From positions 2,317 to 66,316 of the forward strand of contig CAJXXZ010000003.1 of assembly GCA_913063285.1 (NCBI GenBank): a stretch of DNA of 64,000 nt, read 5' to 3'. Source of the DNA: an uncultured bacterium (GTDB lineage Bacteria > Pseudomonadota > Alphaproteobacteria > CAJXXZ01 > 1604HC). Shown here piece after piece: positions 45,164 through 53,844 of this stretch. Under the pieces are notes generated by a model that saw only the letters and a program-made list of their open reading frames with translations, ran no database searches and was not told where the DNA came from. Position 1 is the first letter of the stretch. Each line of letters opens with the position of its first letter. Position numbers and translations under genes: made by a program.

Positions 45164-47062
45164 GTGATAAAATTCATAACATCATTTATTTTCTCAGTAG
45201 CAGTTTGTGTTTATGATCTTGGTGATCTTGATCAGAAACAACAGTTATCGGGAATAGTGAGCTCTATTAATGTATTTTCTGGTGAAGTTGCCTACCAAGA
45301 AGGTAGTGAAGTTTTATTTAAAATACCTGAATCAGAATTATTATATCATCACAAACATCTTTTGCAGAAACTTGATAAAGATGAAGGAAAAGTTGATAAA
45401 GTGGATGTTTTAATAGATATTTCTGATTCTGCAATGAAAGAAGTATTTTTTAAGAGTGATAATGTATGGCTAGTTGATTATGGAAAATTAACAGATGAAA
45501 AAGTCGATATGCTTTGGCGGCAAGGTAGAATTACAATTTATACTGAACAAAAAGAAGTTGCAGCATTATCAATAAAGAATATTCTTAAAAACGAATTGTA
45601 TTTGTATTTGCTACAAAAAGAGCTTGAGGATAGTGAATTTTCCGTCAATGCTGAAGATCTTTTAAAAAGAAGGTGTGACTTACTTAGAGAAAAATATAAT
45701 TTGAAAGATAACGCTTTACAACTATCAGATGATGACATGACTAAATTAATTATGTTTCATGAATATCAAATAAAAGCAAGTAAAATTGAAGATTTAAAGA
45801 AAGAGTTGATACATTACTATGCTTCTAGTACTTCTAGTACTTTGCAAGCAAGTATAATTAATGCTTTTGATATATTATATCATATGAATTATGAAAAATT
45901 TTATACTTTTGATATGAAGGCATTTATGGCAGAGATAAATAAATTAAAAGCTGAGAATTTTAACGATATTTTTAATATTCTATTACAGCATATTTGCCCT
46001 GATCATGATGATCAAGAAATACTCAAACAATTACGAAATGAAGCAGATGAGGATCATGCTAAAATACATCCTGAAACAAATATGCAGATGTTTGCTAGAG
46101 AAACACACAATCAGGATAATTATGTCGATGCATATATACTACTGAATGGTAATAATGATAAATTTAAGAATGAGTTGGCTGAAGAATTATTGCAAAAATT
46201 ATCGAATATCTTTAAAGATCAAAAGATACAAGACTTAAAAGAAGATATGATAGATCATATATTAGATAACAAAGTTAAGATACGAAATACAGATAAAGCT
46301 AATGCAGTTGAAAAGCAATATTCCACTAAGATTGATGCATTTATAAAATATCTTCAAGAGAATAAAGATGTAGAAGGTGAAAAAGGTGTGCAAATTCTTT
46401 CTACAGATAATATAAAATCTTATATAGATAGTTCTACATCAATAAGGAGTATTTTAACTGCAATTCTTAAAGGTGTCCCAGTACAACCAGATTATGATCT
46501 TTTTCACCAAGATATTGTTGAACTTTCTAATATAATATTAGATAAAATTTATCCTGAAATACAAAAAGATTTAAATCAAGCCTATAAAGAAAAATTTGTA
46601 GAAGGATTTTCTTCAGAGTTAAAAGCTACAGAGATTATAGAGCAAGAGCTTGCAAAAATTGATGGCTATTTGAACAGTACTGAAAAGTTGCAAAATAAAA
46701 TTGACTTCTTGAAACAATTTGATGATAAGGAAGATATGGTAGAACATCTAAAAAGTTCATCTGGAGTAATAATGAGTGATTTGCTAGAATTTCAGAAATT
46801 TATAGATGATGATTGGTTAAGTGCATATAATCAAGGTGTGAGGTTATGGCAAGATTTTAAGAATAATATTGATACTGAAAATGAATTAAGTTACTTGAGA
46901 AAAGCTATAGATTTTGAAAAAATGCTTATACTAAGTATATATCTTAAGATGAAGAAAGCTGGTGAATATAGCGGACAAACTTCCGATTATGATATTAGAA
47001 AAGCCTTATTCATGACTCCTTCTGGTTCTATTGTTCATACATTATATTATATACTAGAATAA
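45164..47062 (+). CDS. hypothetical secreted protein (N-terminal hydrophobic signal); possibly a very distant relative of the island family
   Basis: GTG start. MIKFITSFIFSVAVCVY looks signal-like. There is a weak resemblance to the family N-domain (GEVAYQEGSEVLFKIPESE...LLQKLDKD...VDVLIDISDSAMKEVFFKSD). The upstream TTGCTT-N16-TAATAG-N6-GTG has the same geometry as the family promoters. Confidence 0.6.
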   Translation: MIKFITSFIFSVAVCVYDLGDLDQKQQLSGIVSSINVFSGEVAYQEGSEVLFKIPESELLYHHKHLLQKLDKDEGKVDKVDVLIDISDSAMKEVFFKSDNVWLVDYGKLTDEKVDMLWRQGRITIYTEQKEVAALSIKNILKNELYLYLLQKELEDSEFSVNAEDLLKRRCDLLREKYNLKDNALQLSDDDMTKLIMFHEYQIKASKIEDLKKELIHYYASSTSSTLQASIINAFDILYHMNYEKFYTFDMKAFMAEINKLKAENFNDIFNILLQHICPDHDDQEILKQLRNEADEDHAKIHPETNMQMFARETHNQDNYVDAYILLNGNNDKFKNELAEELLQKLSNIFKDQKIQDLKEDMIDHILDNKVKIRNTDKANAVEKQYSTKIDAFIKYLQENKDVEGEKGVQILSTDNIKSYIDSSTSIRSILTAILKGVPVQPDYDLFHQDIVELSNIILDKIYPEIQKDLNQAYKEKFVEGFSSELKATEIIEQELAKIDGYLNSTEKLQNKIDFLKQFDDKEDMVEHLKSSSGVIMSDLLEFQKFIDDDWLSAYNQGVRLWQDFKNNIDTENELSYLRKAIDFEKMLILSIYLKMKKAGEYSGQTSDYDIRKALFMTPSGSIVHTLYYILE

Positions 47063-47346
47063 AACTTAAAGTTAAACTTAAATTTAGTATTACTTTAAAT
47101 AATTTTTTTTAATTCAGCATCAAATTTATATATTTTTCACAGAAATTTCACATCATTTTTTTATAAATGAGTATTTTACCAATATTTAATCATACATATA
47201 TACTTTTTTAAATAAATATGAGATAAATTATAAACGGAGGATTTAACTATTTCACTTTTATTTGATGAGTAGTTAATGTTGTTCTGAGTATTCTGCATAT
47301 AAAATACACATAATGCCCCGTATATTTAAGAAAGGGATATATCATT

Positions 47347-47946
47347 ATGAATGAAATTGATTACAATAGTGTGAGCAAAGTAGTTGTTAACGAAAAAAAG
47401 CAAAGAGATATGAGTAGTGGTCAAGAAAATAAAGAGCATAATTTAACTAGATCAAAATCAAAGTTTGGCGATAAATTTAATAGAAAATTTTCAGGTCGAG
47501 GAAAATTTGAAGGCAGATCAAGTAGTAGATTTGAAGGTGAAGGAAGATTTGAAAAAGCATCAGGTAACAGATTTAAAAGTGAAGCAGGTAAAAGATTTGG
47601 AGGAAACAAATTTAAAAGTCAAGAAAATAGTACAGGTAGAAGATTTAGAGGTGAAGGAGCATCATCAGGTAATGAATTTGCAAGAAGATCAGGTAGTAGA
47701 TTTGAAGGTGAAGGAAGATTTGAAAAAGCATCAGGTAACAGATTTAAAAGTGAAAATATAAATAGAAATTTTGAGAGTCAAAAAAATAATATTAATGATA
47801 ATCAGCAGGATAGCGAAAAATCAATGAATAATAGAAGTGGATTTAGAGGTGAGGTGTTTTTCATAAATAATGATTTCACGAAAAAAGTTCAAGAACCTTG
47901 TAAAGTTGAGGAATTGAGTGATAATATGGACTGGTATAAAGAGTAA
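47347..47946 (+). CDS. basic Arg/Gly/Phe/Ser-rich (RGG/RFxG-like) repeat protein, hypothetical
   Basis: 199 aa, mostly low complexity (SRFEGEGRFEKASGNRFKSE x2). It has a 171-bp internal duplication with a 60-nt exact core (47524 and 47695). The non-repetitive C-terminal 35 aa recur in the decayed copy at 50189. Confidence 0.6.
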   Translation: MNEIDYNSVSKVVVNEKKQRDMSSGQENKEHNLTRSKSKFGDKFNRKFSGRGKFEGRSSSRFEGEGRFEKASGNRFKSEAGKRFGGNKFKSQENSTGRRFRGEGASSGNEFARRSGSRFEGEGRFEKASGNRFKSENINRNFESQKNNINDNQQDSEKSMNNRSGFRGEVFFINNDFTKKVQEPCKVEELSDNMDWYKE

Positions 47947-48010
47947 TCAAAAATCGCCAAATTTGAGTTGTTTACATCTTGTTGATAAAGTATTGAATTC
48001 AGTTCAATCA

Positions 48011-48107
48011 AAATAAACAGAAATCGCAATTCATGAAAGTAGTGCTTTTGAAAAAATGTACACTGCTGGTAAATTAGCTTTTAAAAACTTAAACTTATTT
48101 ATCAAAA
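48011..48107 (+). pseudogene. decayed copy of the map 5' end (left half of an interrupted map pseudocopy)
   Basis: aaataaacagaaatcgcaattcatgaaagtagtgcttttgaaaaaatgtacactgctggtaaattagc...cttatttatcaaaat matches the real map 5' end at about 50840-50930. Confidence 0.75.
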
Positions 48108-48126
48108 TAATCACACTTTATGTTAA

Positions 48127-48154
48127 TTGAATTTTAAATCAAAAGAAATAAAGT
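48127..48154 (+). promoter_or_regulatory. candidate promoter of the 48161 gene: TTGAAT-N16-TAAAGT, ATG 6 nt downstream
   Basis: TTAATTGAATTTTAAATCAAAAGAAATAAAGTGAAGTGATG has the same AATTGA.TTTTAAA module as the island family. Confidence 0.3.
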
Positions 48155-48160
48155 GAAGTG

Positions 48161-49231
48161 ATGAAGCACTTATCCTTAATTTTTCTTATAAATACATTAG
48201 CAATGACTGGCTTAGAAAATACAACCCATAGTCCAACTATGTCAAAAACTCCAGTCGATTCTCAAGCTATGTCAAAAACGTTGGCTAAAATAACAAAAGA
48301 AGTTTATAAACAATATTCTCGAGAAATATTCGGAGGGATTAAAAGTACTTCCGGCATGAAATCCTTATCTTATAAACTTAAATCAATAAAAGCATCAGTC
48401 AGTGAATTTTTAAATCCTACTTCATTACAAGAGCTACGTCTTGATCATATAAAGGAAATATTAGATCAAAATGTATATTTAATAAACATAGATTTAGATA
48501 AGATAGCTAATCATCAATATCGTAATATTATACAAATTATACGAGGAGTAGAACTTTCCTCTATTGATGATTTTAAAACAGGTTATAATCAGTATGATAC
48601 ACAAAAAATGCTAAAGCATATTCATGATATGATGGAAACATTAAAGAATAATTCTAATATAAATACAGAAGTACGGCGTGCAATACGACTAAATATGGTA
48701 AGAATATGTACTTTTTGTTATAAAGAATTAAATGAAGATCAAAAATCATTTTTGAAATCAGAAACAGAAGCTTTAACCAATGAAGAGGTAATTAAGCTTT
48801 TTCGTAACGATCGCAATAATCCTCGTGTCATACGTTCTAGATCATCTGATTTTTCCATCATAGAGTATATGACAATTAAGCAAATTGAAGCATTAATGAA
48901 AGTAGTTGATAGTAATACTTCTGATTTTAGACAGTCAATTAGAGTTAATCTTTCTGTATATACAAAAGAGGCTTCAAAGCTTGATCAAAAAAAATTGAAA
49001 ACAATATTTAAATCTTTACTATTAGATAAGCAAAAACTTCAAAAAGAGCTAACACAAATTCAAAATCAAATATCTAAAGCTGAAGGTAAAGGTATACCAA
49101 AAGATCTACTACTTACTCAGGAGAGATTAGGAGACAAGATTTCAGATTATAACCTTATGACACTTCAGCTTGATAACAATAATATTGTAAAAGACATAAC
49201 TGAGAAGATTGAAGCAGAGATAAATAAGTAA
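48161..49231 (+). CDS. hypothetical secreted protein
   Basis: I chose the ATG at 48161; the track's start is the GTG at 48158. Signal-like MKHLSLIFLINTLAMTG, followed by a K/E/N-rich helical protein. A decayed partial paralog lies directly downstream. Confidence 0.7.
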   Translation: MKHLSLIFLINTLAMTGLENTTHSPTMSKTPVDSQAMSKTLAKITKEVYKQYSREIFGGIKSTSGMKSLSYKLKSIKASVSEFLNPTSLQELRLDHIKEILDQNVYLINIDLDKIANHQYRNIIQIIRGVELSSIDDFKTGYNQYDTQKMLKHIHDMMETLKNNSNINTEVRRAIRLNMVRICTFCYKELNEDQKSFLKSETEALTNEEVIKLFRNDRNNPRVIRSRSSDFSIIEYMTIKQIEALMKVVDSNTSDFRQSIRVNLSVYTKEASKLDQKKLKTIFKSLLLDKQKLQKELTQIQNQISKAEGKGIPKDLLLTQERLGDKISDYNLMTLQLDNNNIVKDITEKIEAEINK

Positions 49232-49282
49232 TAGATCATTTTTAATGATTCAATACACTTATATTCAAGCTTTTACATTACT

Positions 49283-49560
49283 TCTCGTAAATTTCAATTA
49301 TAGAATATATGATGATTAATCAACCTGAAGCTTTGGTGTTAGCAATGTAGCATAATATTGATGATTTTAAAAATTTTATTAAATTTAATGTTAATCACTA
49401 TAGAAGATATTTAGATTCTAATCAAGAAAAATTCAACATAATATTACATCATTTAGAATTACATAGAAGAGAATTTGAGAAAAAGCTAGAAGAATAGGTG
49501 AAAGAAATTCTCAGATTTTTATTAAGAATCGATAATGATTAAAATATAGCAGATTATTTA
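49283..49560 (+). pseudogene. decayed duplicate of the C-terminal third of the 48161 gene
   Basis: One frame reads ISIIEYMMINQPEALVLAM*HNIDDFKNFIKFNVNHYRRYLDSNQEKFNIILHHLELHRREFEKKLEE*. The intact gene reads FSIIEYMTIKQIEALMKVVDSNTSDFRQSIRVNLSVYTKEASKLDQKKLKTIFKSLLLDKQKLQKEL. Confidence 0.6.
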
Positions 49561-49715
49561 AACGATTATCAGATTAAATTAATGCAAATATCAAATCTTT
49601 TAAACACATGCTTTAAATTCTTAATAATTAAAAAAGATATCGATTTTTTGAATACATTTTTTTGTTGTTAAGTTGATTTTGATACATACTTACAATTTAT
49701 TATTATTCTAAATAT

Positions 49716-50040
49716 ATTTTTGAATATTAGGTACCTCAACACTTAAAATTGATAGTCTATTTGAAAATTTATCAGAGATAATAGCAGAATTTCGGCATGT
49801 ATAGGATTTTGCGGATATAAGCACTCGATCTGTATATCTATAAATGAGGTTGTGTGTCATGGGGTACCGTCAAAGAATGTAATACTAAAAAGATTCTGAT
49901 ATTGTAAACTTAGATGTTGTAGTTACGGTAGATGGATGGTATGGAGATACTAGTAGAATTTTTTATGTAGATAATGTTTTCAAAGAAAAAGAAAACTTAG
50001 TTTATGTTGCATTTAATTTTATTAAATTTTTTGGTAGGAT
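49716..50040 (+). pseudogene. decayed copy of map codons about 45-150 (right half of the interrupted map pseudocopy)
   Basis: ggtacctcaacacttaaaattgatag...ggcatgtataggattttgcggatataagcactcgatctgtatatctataaatgaggttgtgtgtcatggggtaccgtcaaagaatgtaatactaaaa... parallels map 50940-51250, with indels and stops. Confidence 0.8.
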
Positions 50041-50057
50041 ATATTGTTCATTTTAAA

Positions 50058-50778
50058 AAAATAAACAGAAATCGCAATTCCTAAAAGACTACTTGTGCAA
50101 AAATATACATTACTGGTAAATCAGCATTCAAAACTTCAACTTGTTTATCAAAATTATTTGTATCAAGTATTTCAACACTTAAAATAATGGATTTAGAGGA
50201 GAGGTGTTTTTCATAAATAATGATTTCACGAAAAAAGTTAAAGAACCTTGTAAAGTTGAGGAATTGAGTGATAATATGAATTGGTATAAAAGTAATCAAA
50301 AATTTCCAAATTTGAGTCGTTTAAAGCTTGTTGATAAAGTATTGAATTCAGTTTAATCGAAATAAACACAAATCATAATTCCTAAAAGAGTACTTTTGAA
50401 AAAAATATACATTGCTGGTAAATTAGCTTTTGAAAACTTAAACTTGTTTATCAAAATTATTTGTATTAAGTACCTAAACACTTAAAATTGATAGTTTATT
50501 TGAAAAATTTATCGTAAATAATAGCAAAAATTTCACATATATATGAATTTTGTGAATATAAGCAGCTCGCATATATATAAAGTAGTTTATATGTCAGAAA
50601 TAGCATCAAAGGACATAATATCAAAAAATTATTAAATTTGAATTTTGTAAAGTTTTTTGATAAATTATATAGTGCTCTTTAAGCGAAATAAACAGAAATC
50701 GCAATTCATGAAAGTACTGCTTTTGAAAAAATGTACATTGCTGGTAAATCAGCATTCAAAACTTCAACTTATTTATCT
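50058..50778 (+). repeat. stack of decayed duplicates: map 5' fragment (50058-50188), 3' end of the RG-rich gene plus spacer (50189-50361), longer map 5' fragment (50362-50630), and a 145-bp tandem copy of the map start region (50634-50778)
   Basis: Direct sequence identities: 50189-50470 matches 47839-48115, 50634-50778 matches 50779-50923, and aaataaaca.aaatc..aattc... recurs at 48011, 50061, 50362, 50690 and 50835. Confidence 0.85.
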
Positions 50779-50801
50779 AAATTTGAATTTTATAAAATTT
50801 T

Positions 50802-51593
50802 TTGATAAATTATATAGTGCTCTTTAAGCGAAATAAAAATGGAATCGCAATTCATGAAAGTACTGCTTTTGAAAAAATGTATATTGCTGGTAAATTAGCA
50901 TCCAAAACTCTAACTTATTTATCGAAATTTGTTGTATCAGGTATTTCAACCCTTGAAATTGATACTTTATGTGAAAAATTTATCAGAGATAATGGCGGAA
51001 TTGCGGCATGTATAGGATTTTGCGGATATAAACACTCAATCTGTATATCTATAAATGAGGTTGTGTGTCATGGAGTACCATCAAAGAATGTAATACTAAA
51101 AGATGGTGATATTGTAAACTTAGATGTTGTAGTTGCGGTAGATGGATGGCATGGAGATACTAGTAGAACTTTTTACGTAGGTGATGTTTCTAAAGAAAAA
51201 CAAAACTTAGTTGATGTTGCATTTAATGCAATGTGGGCTGGTATTAATGTTGTTAAGATTGATGCTACTTTTAATGATATTGGTGTAGCAATTGAAAATT
51301 ATGTAAATCAAAATTCATGCTTTTCAGTTATTCCCAACTATTGTGGACATGGAATTGGAGTGAATTTACATGATAAACCTCACGTATTACACTATGATTC
51401 TGGTAGTAAAATAAAAATCAAGCCTGGTATGTTTTTTACTATTGAGCCAATCATATCAGCAGGAAGTATTAAATCAAGAACTTTATCAGATGAATGGACT
51501 GTTGTAAGTGTAGATGGAGCTGCAACTGCACAATTTGAACATACAATTGGTGTTGGATATGACGGTGAAATTCATTTATTTACAAAAGAATAG
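50802..51593 (+). CDS. map: type I methionine aminopeptidase
   Basis: The motifs CHGVPS, DGDIVNLDVV, DGWHGDTSRTF, GHGIG..H, FTIEP and QFEHT give the full set of MetAP metal ligands. No in-frame ATG precedes the conserved core, so the start is the TTG at 50802 or the GTG at 50817. Confidence 0.9.
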   Translation: MINYIVLFKRNKNGIAIHESTAFEKMYIAGKLASKTLTYLSKFVVSGISTLEIDTLCEKFIRDNGGIAACIGFCGYKHSICISINEVVCHGVPSKNVILKDGDIVNLDVVVAVDGWHGDTSRTFYVGDVSKEKQNLVDVAFNAMWAGINVVKIDATFNDIGVAIENYVNQNSCFSVIPNYCGHGIGVNLHDKPHVLHYDSGSKIKIKPGMFFTIEPIISAGSIKSRTLSDEWTVVSVDGAATAQFEHTIGVGYDGEIHLFTKE

Positions 51594-51978
51594 TACTGTG
51601 ATTTTCAGTTGTAAATTAATTTTCAAAATAAATTCATGTATCATCATGTATATAAATAGTTAATAATACATTGACTTAATACAAAAAATGTGTATAAAAT
51701 TTGAAAAAATGATATAATATTTTTATTAAAAGTGAAAAAAGTATTGAAATAATAATCTGCTTTTATGGGTTAAATGACTTGTATTATAGTAAAATATGGT
51801 TGTTATTTATTATTTTTCAAAAAATGCATAAAACAGATGTTGAAAATAAAATATTTTTGTATCATAATCGGCGTTGTAATATGTATACAAATAAAAGTAC
51901 ACTTGATTATTGTTATGTATTGTTAATTCGAATATATAGTTCGATTTTTGAAGTTGAAATTTTGAATAAGGAGATTCG

Positions 51979-53844
51979 ATGAATCAAGGTGATTTATTAT
52001 TACAATTTTTGATTCAAAAAGGTATTAAAAGAATATTTTGCTTAACTCAACAAATGAGAGATATATTACAATTAATTGTTGACTTGGAAGTGATATGTCT
52101 AACAAATTCATTATATGATGTTAAGTTTACAAGCTTTAAAGCAGAAGATCAGATTGAGTATAAATTAACAAATGAAGATATAGTAGTTGTCAAAGAAAGT
52201 GAACAATTTGATTTAAAGGTAATGAAATACTCGAATAAGTTATATGTAATTGAAGATATTGCTATTAATGATCTTTCAAAACACACTTGTTATCGATATG
52301 AAAATTACTATGAAGAGGCGAAAGCTATATTAAACTATGCCAAAAAAGTAGATACTTTATATGTTGCTTCAGATAAAGAAATATTATATAGAACGATGTC
52401 TGCTCTTTCAAATCATTCTATTGATCGAGCTAACAGTGATATTATGTTTTGGGCTATCTGTGCAAAAGCTTTATCCGCTCCCTATACTTGTTCTATAGAG
52501 GTGTGTGATTGTATTGCACATCCACTAGTTTCAGCTTTTTCTTCAAAATATTCTGCTATGCATAATTTACCGATCGATAAAGATTATAAAGATGTGTTAA
52601 AAAGTTGGATTGCAAAAATTGATAGAAATAAAAAATATGCGGTTAATGAATTATGGAGTGTTTTATATGATTTTGTAACTTTTTTAACTAAAGGAAATAT
52701 TCCAAATATTTTAGACTCATTTAATGTAAATTGGCCAGATATGACTATAAAAGAATATGCAAATTCATTATCAGATATGGTAAATTTGGAAATACAAGAA
52801 TCTACTGTAAAAAAAATCAATAATATTTTATACATACCTATAGATACTTTATCTATATATTTACCTAAAAATATTTGGGTTGCTGGATTAAATAATTTAT
52901 CAGCTTTATCTAGATCTATATATGCGATTTGTAATTTAAAAAAATGTATATTATCATTTTCTGCATATGAAAATGGAAAAATTGCTTGCATTAATCCAGT
53001 ACTAAGTGAATGTACTATAGTAGAGCAAAATATATCAACTGAATGTACAGTTCATAGAAGTAATTATAATTATCCAGCACCACCTATTAGTAGTAGACCA
53101 AAAGAGATAGCTATTAATCACATAACAAAATTAATGAATGATCCTTACGTATTTTATATAGAATGTATTATGCATTTGAGACCTAGAAACGCATATCTTT
53201 TACATTGGGTAGGTATGTATATACACAATTTATTTGAAGAAGTAGTAGTTAAGTGGAAACAATTTGAAACTCAAAAAGATTTAAATGAATATCTTACTCA
53301 AACTTTAATTGCCGAAGATCTTAGCGATTGGATGTATATTTTAGTATATACTAAGATGAGAAAAATGGCATCAGCTTTATGGAGTGTTGTTTCAGATAAG
53401 AAGCACGTACAATCTGAGGTTGAAGGAAGCATAAGTATTATTCATGAAGATAATGAATATATTTTACATGGAAGAGCTGATATAATTTATGGTAATGAAT
53501 CGGGAAAATACGGCGTGATTGATTTTAAAACTGGCATTACTGCAAGTTGGGCTTGTATTGCAAGTGGAAAAGATCCTCAAATGGCACTTGAAATGTTAAT
53601 TTTGGTAGATGGAGGTTTTGGTATGAAAACAGATACATTATTAGCTTCTGGATTTATATCTCCTAGAGAGTTTATTCCTGTTATTAAGGAAAATTTACTC
53701 ATTAATAGCGCTAGAGATGGTTTGAAAAAACTATTACAGATGTATTGGAAAGAAGAGCAGGTTTATTTTGCTGCTAATTTTGGAGTTGATTATGCTTACT
53801 TACCTTTTATGAGAGAATATGGAGTTTATTGTGAAAAGAATTGA
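51979..53844 (+). CDS. addB: AddB-like PD-(D/E)XK nuclease subunit of the AddAB double-strand-break repair complex (shortened)
   Basis: A C-terminal RecB-family nuclease motif (HGRADIIYGNESGKYGVIDFKTG ... QMALEMLIL). It lies immediately upstream of, and overlaps, the UvrD-like addA. There is no Walker A motif in the N-terminal part. 621 aa. Confidence 0.65.
   Translation: MNQGDLLLQFLIQKGIKRIFCLTQQMRDILQLIVDLEVICLTNSLYDVKFTSFKAEDQIEYKLTNEDIVVVKESEQFDLKVMKYSNKLYVIEDIAINDLSKHTCYRYENYYEEAKAILNYAKKVDTLYVASDKEILYRTMSALSNHSIDRANSDIMFWAICAKALSAPYTCSIEVCDCIAHPLVSAFSSKYSAMHNLPIDKDYKDVLKSWIAKIDRNKKYAVNELWSVLYDFVTFLTKGNIPNILDSFNVNWPDMTIKEYANSLSDMVNLEIQESTVKKINNILYIPIDTLSIYLPKNIWVAGLNNLSALSRSIYAICNLKKCILSFSAYENGKIACINPVLSECTIVEQNISTECTVHRSNYNYPAPPISSRPKEIAINHITKLMNDPYVFYIECIMHLRPRNAYLLHWVGMYIHNLFEEVVVKWKQFETQKDLNEYLTQTLIAEDLSDWMYILVYTKMRKMASALWSVVSDKKHVQSEVEGSISIIHEDNEYILHGRADIIYGNESGKYGVIDFKTGITASWACIASGKDPQMALEMLILVDGGFGMKTDTLLASGFISPREFIPVIKENLLINSARDGLKKLLQMYWKEEQVYFAANFGVDYAYLPFMREYGVYCEKN

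Noticed and set aside
47421-47761. Alternative-frame ORFs across the RG-repeat gene (47421..47609 minus, 47465..47761 plus)
   Set aside because: They are open because of the repeats. The 199-aa frame has an ATG, extends beyond the repeats, and has a C-terminal coding part that is preserved in the duplicated copy. The other frame cannot be strictly excluded without data.
50081-50299. 72-aa minus ORF
   Set aside because: It lies across the junction of decayed map and RG-gene fragment copies, so it is an accidental open frame.
51779-51982. 67-aa ORF (TTG start) just upstream of addB
   Set aside because: AT-rich composition, no homology and no SD. It is more likely the addB 5' untranslated or promoter region.
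52584-52991. 135-aa antisense ORF inside addB
   Set aside because: It lies fully within, and antisense to, addB. Its I/F/K-rich translation has no recognisable motifs.
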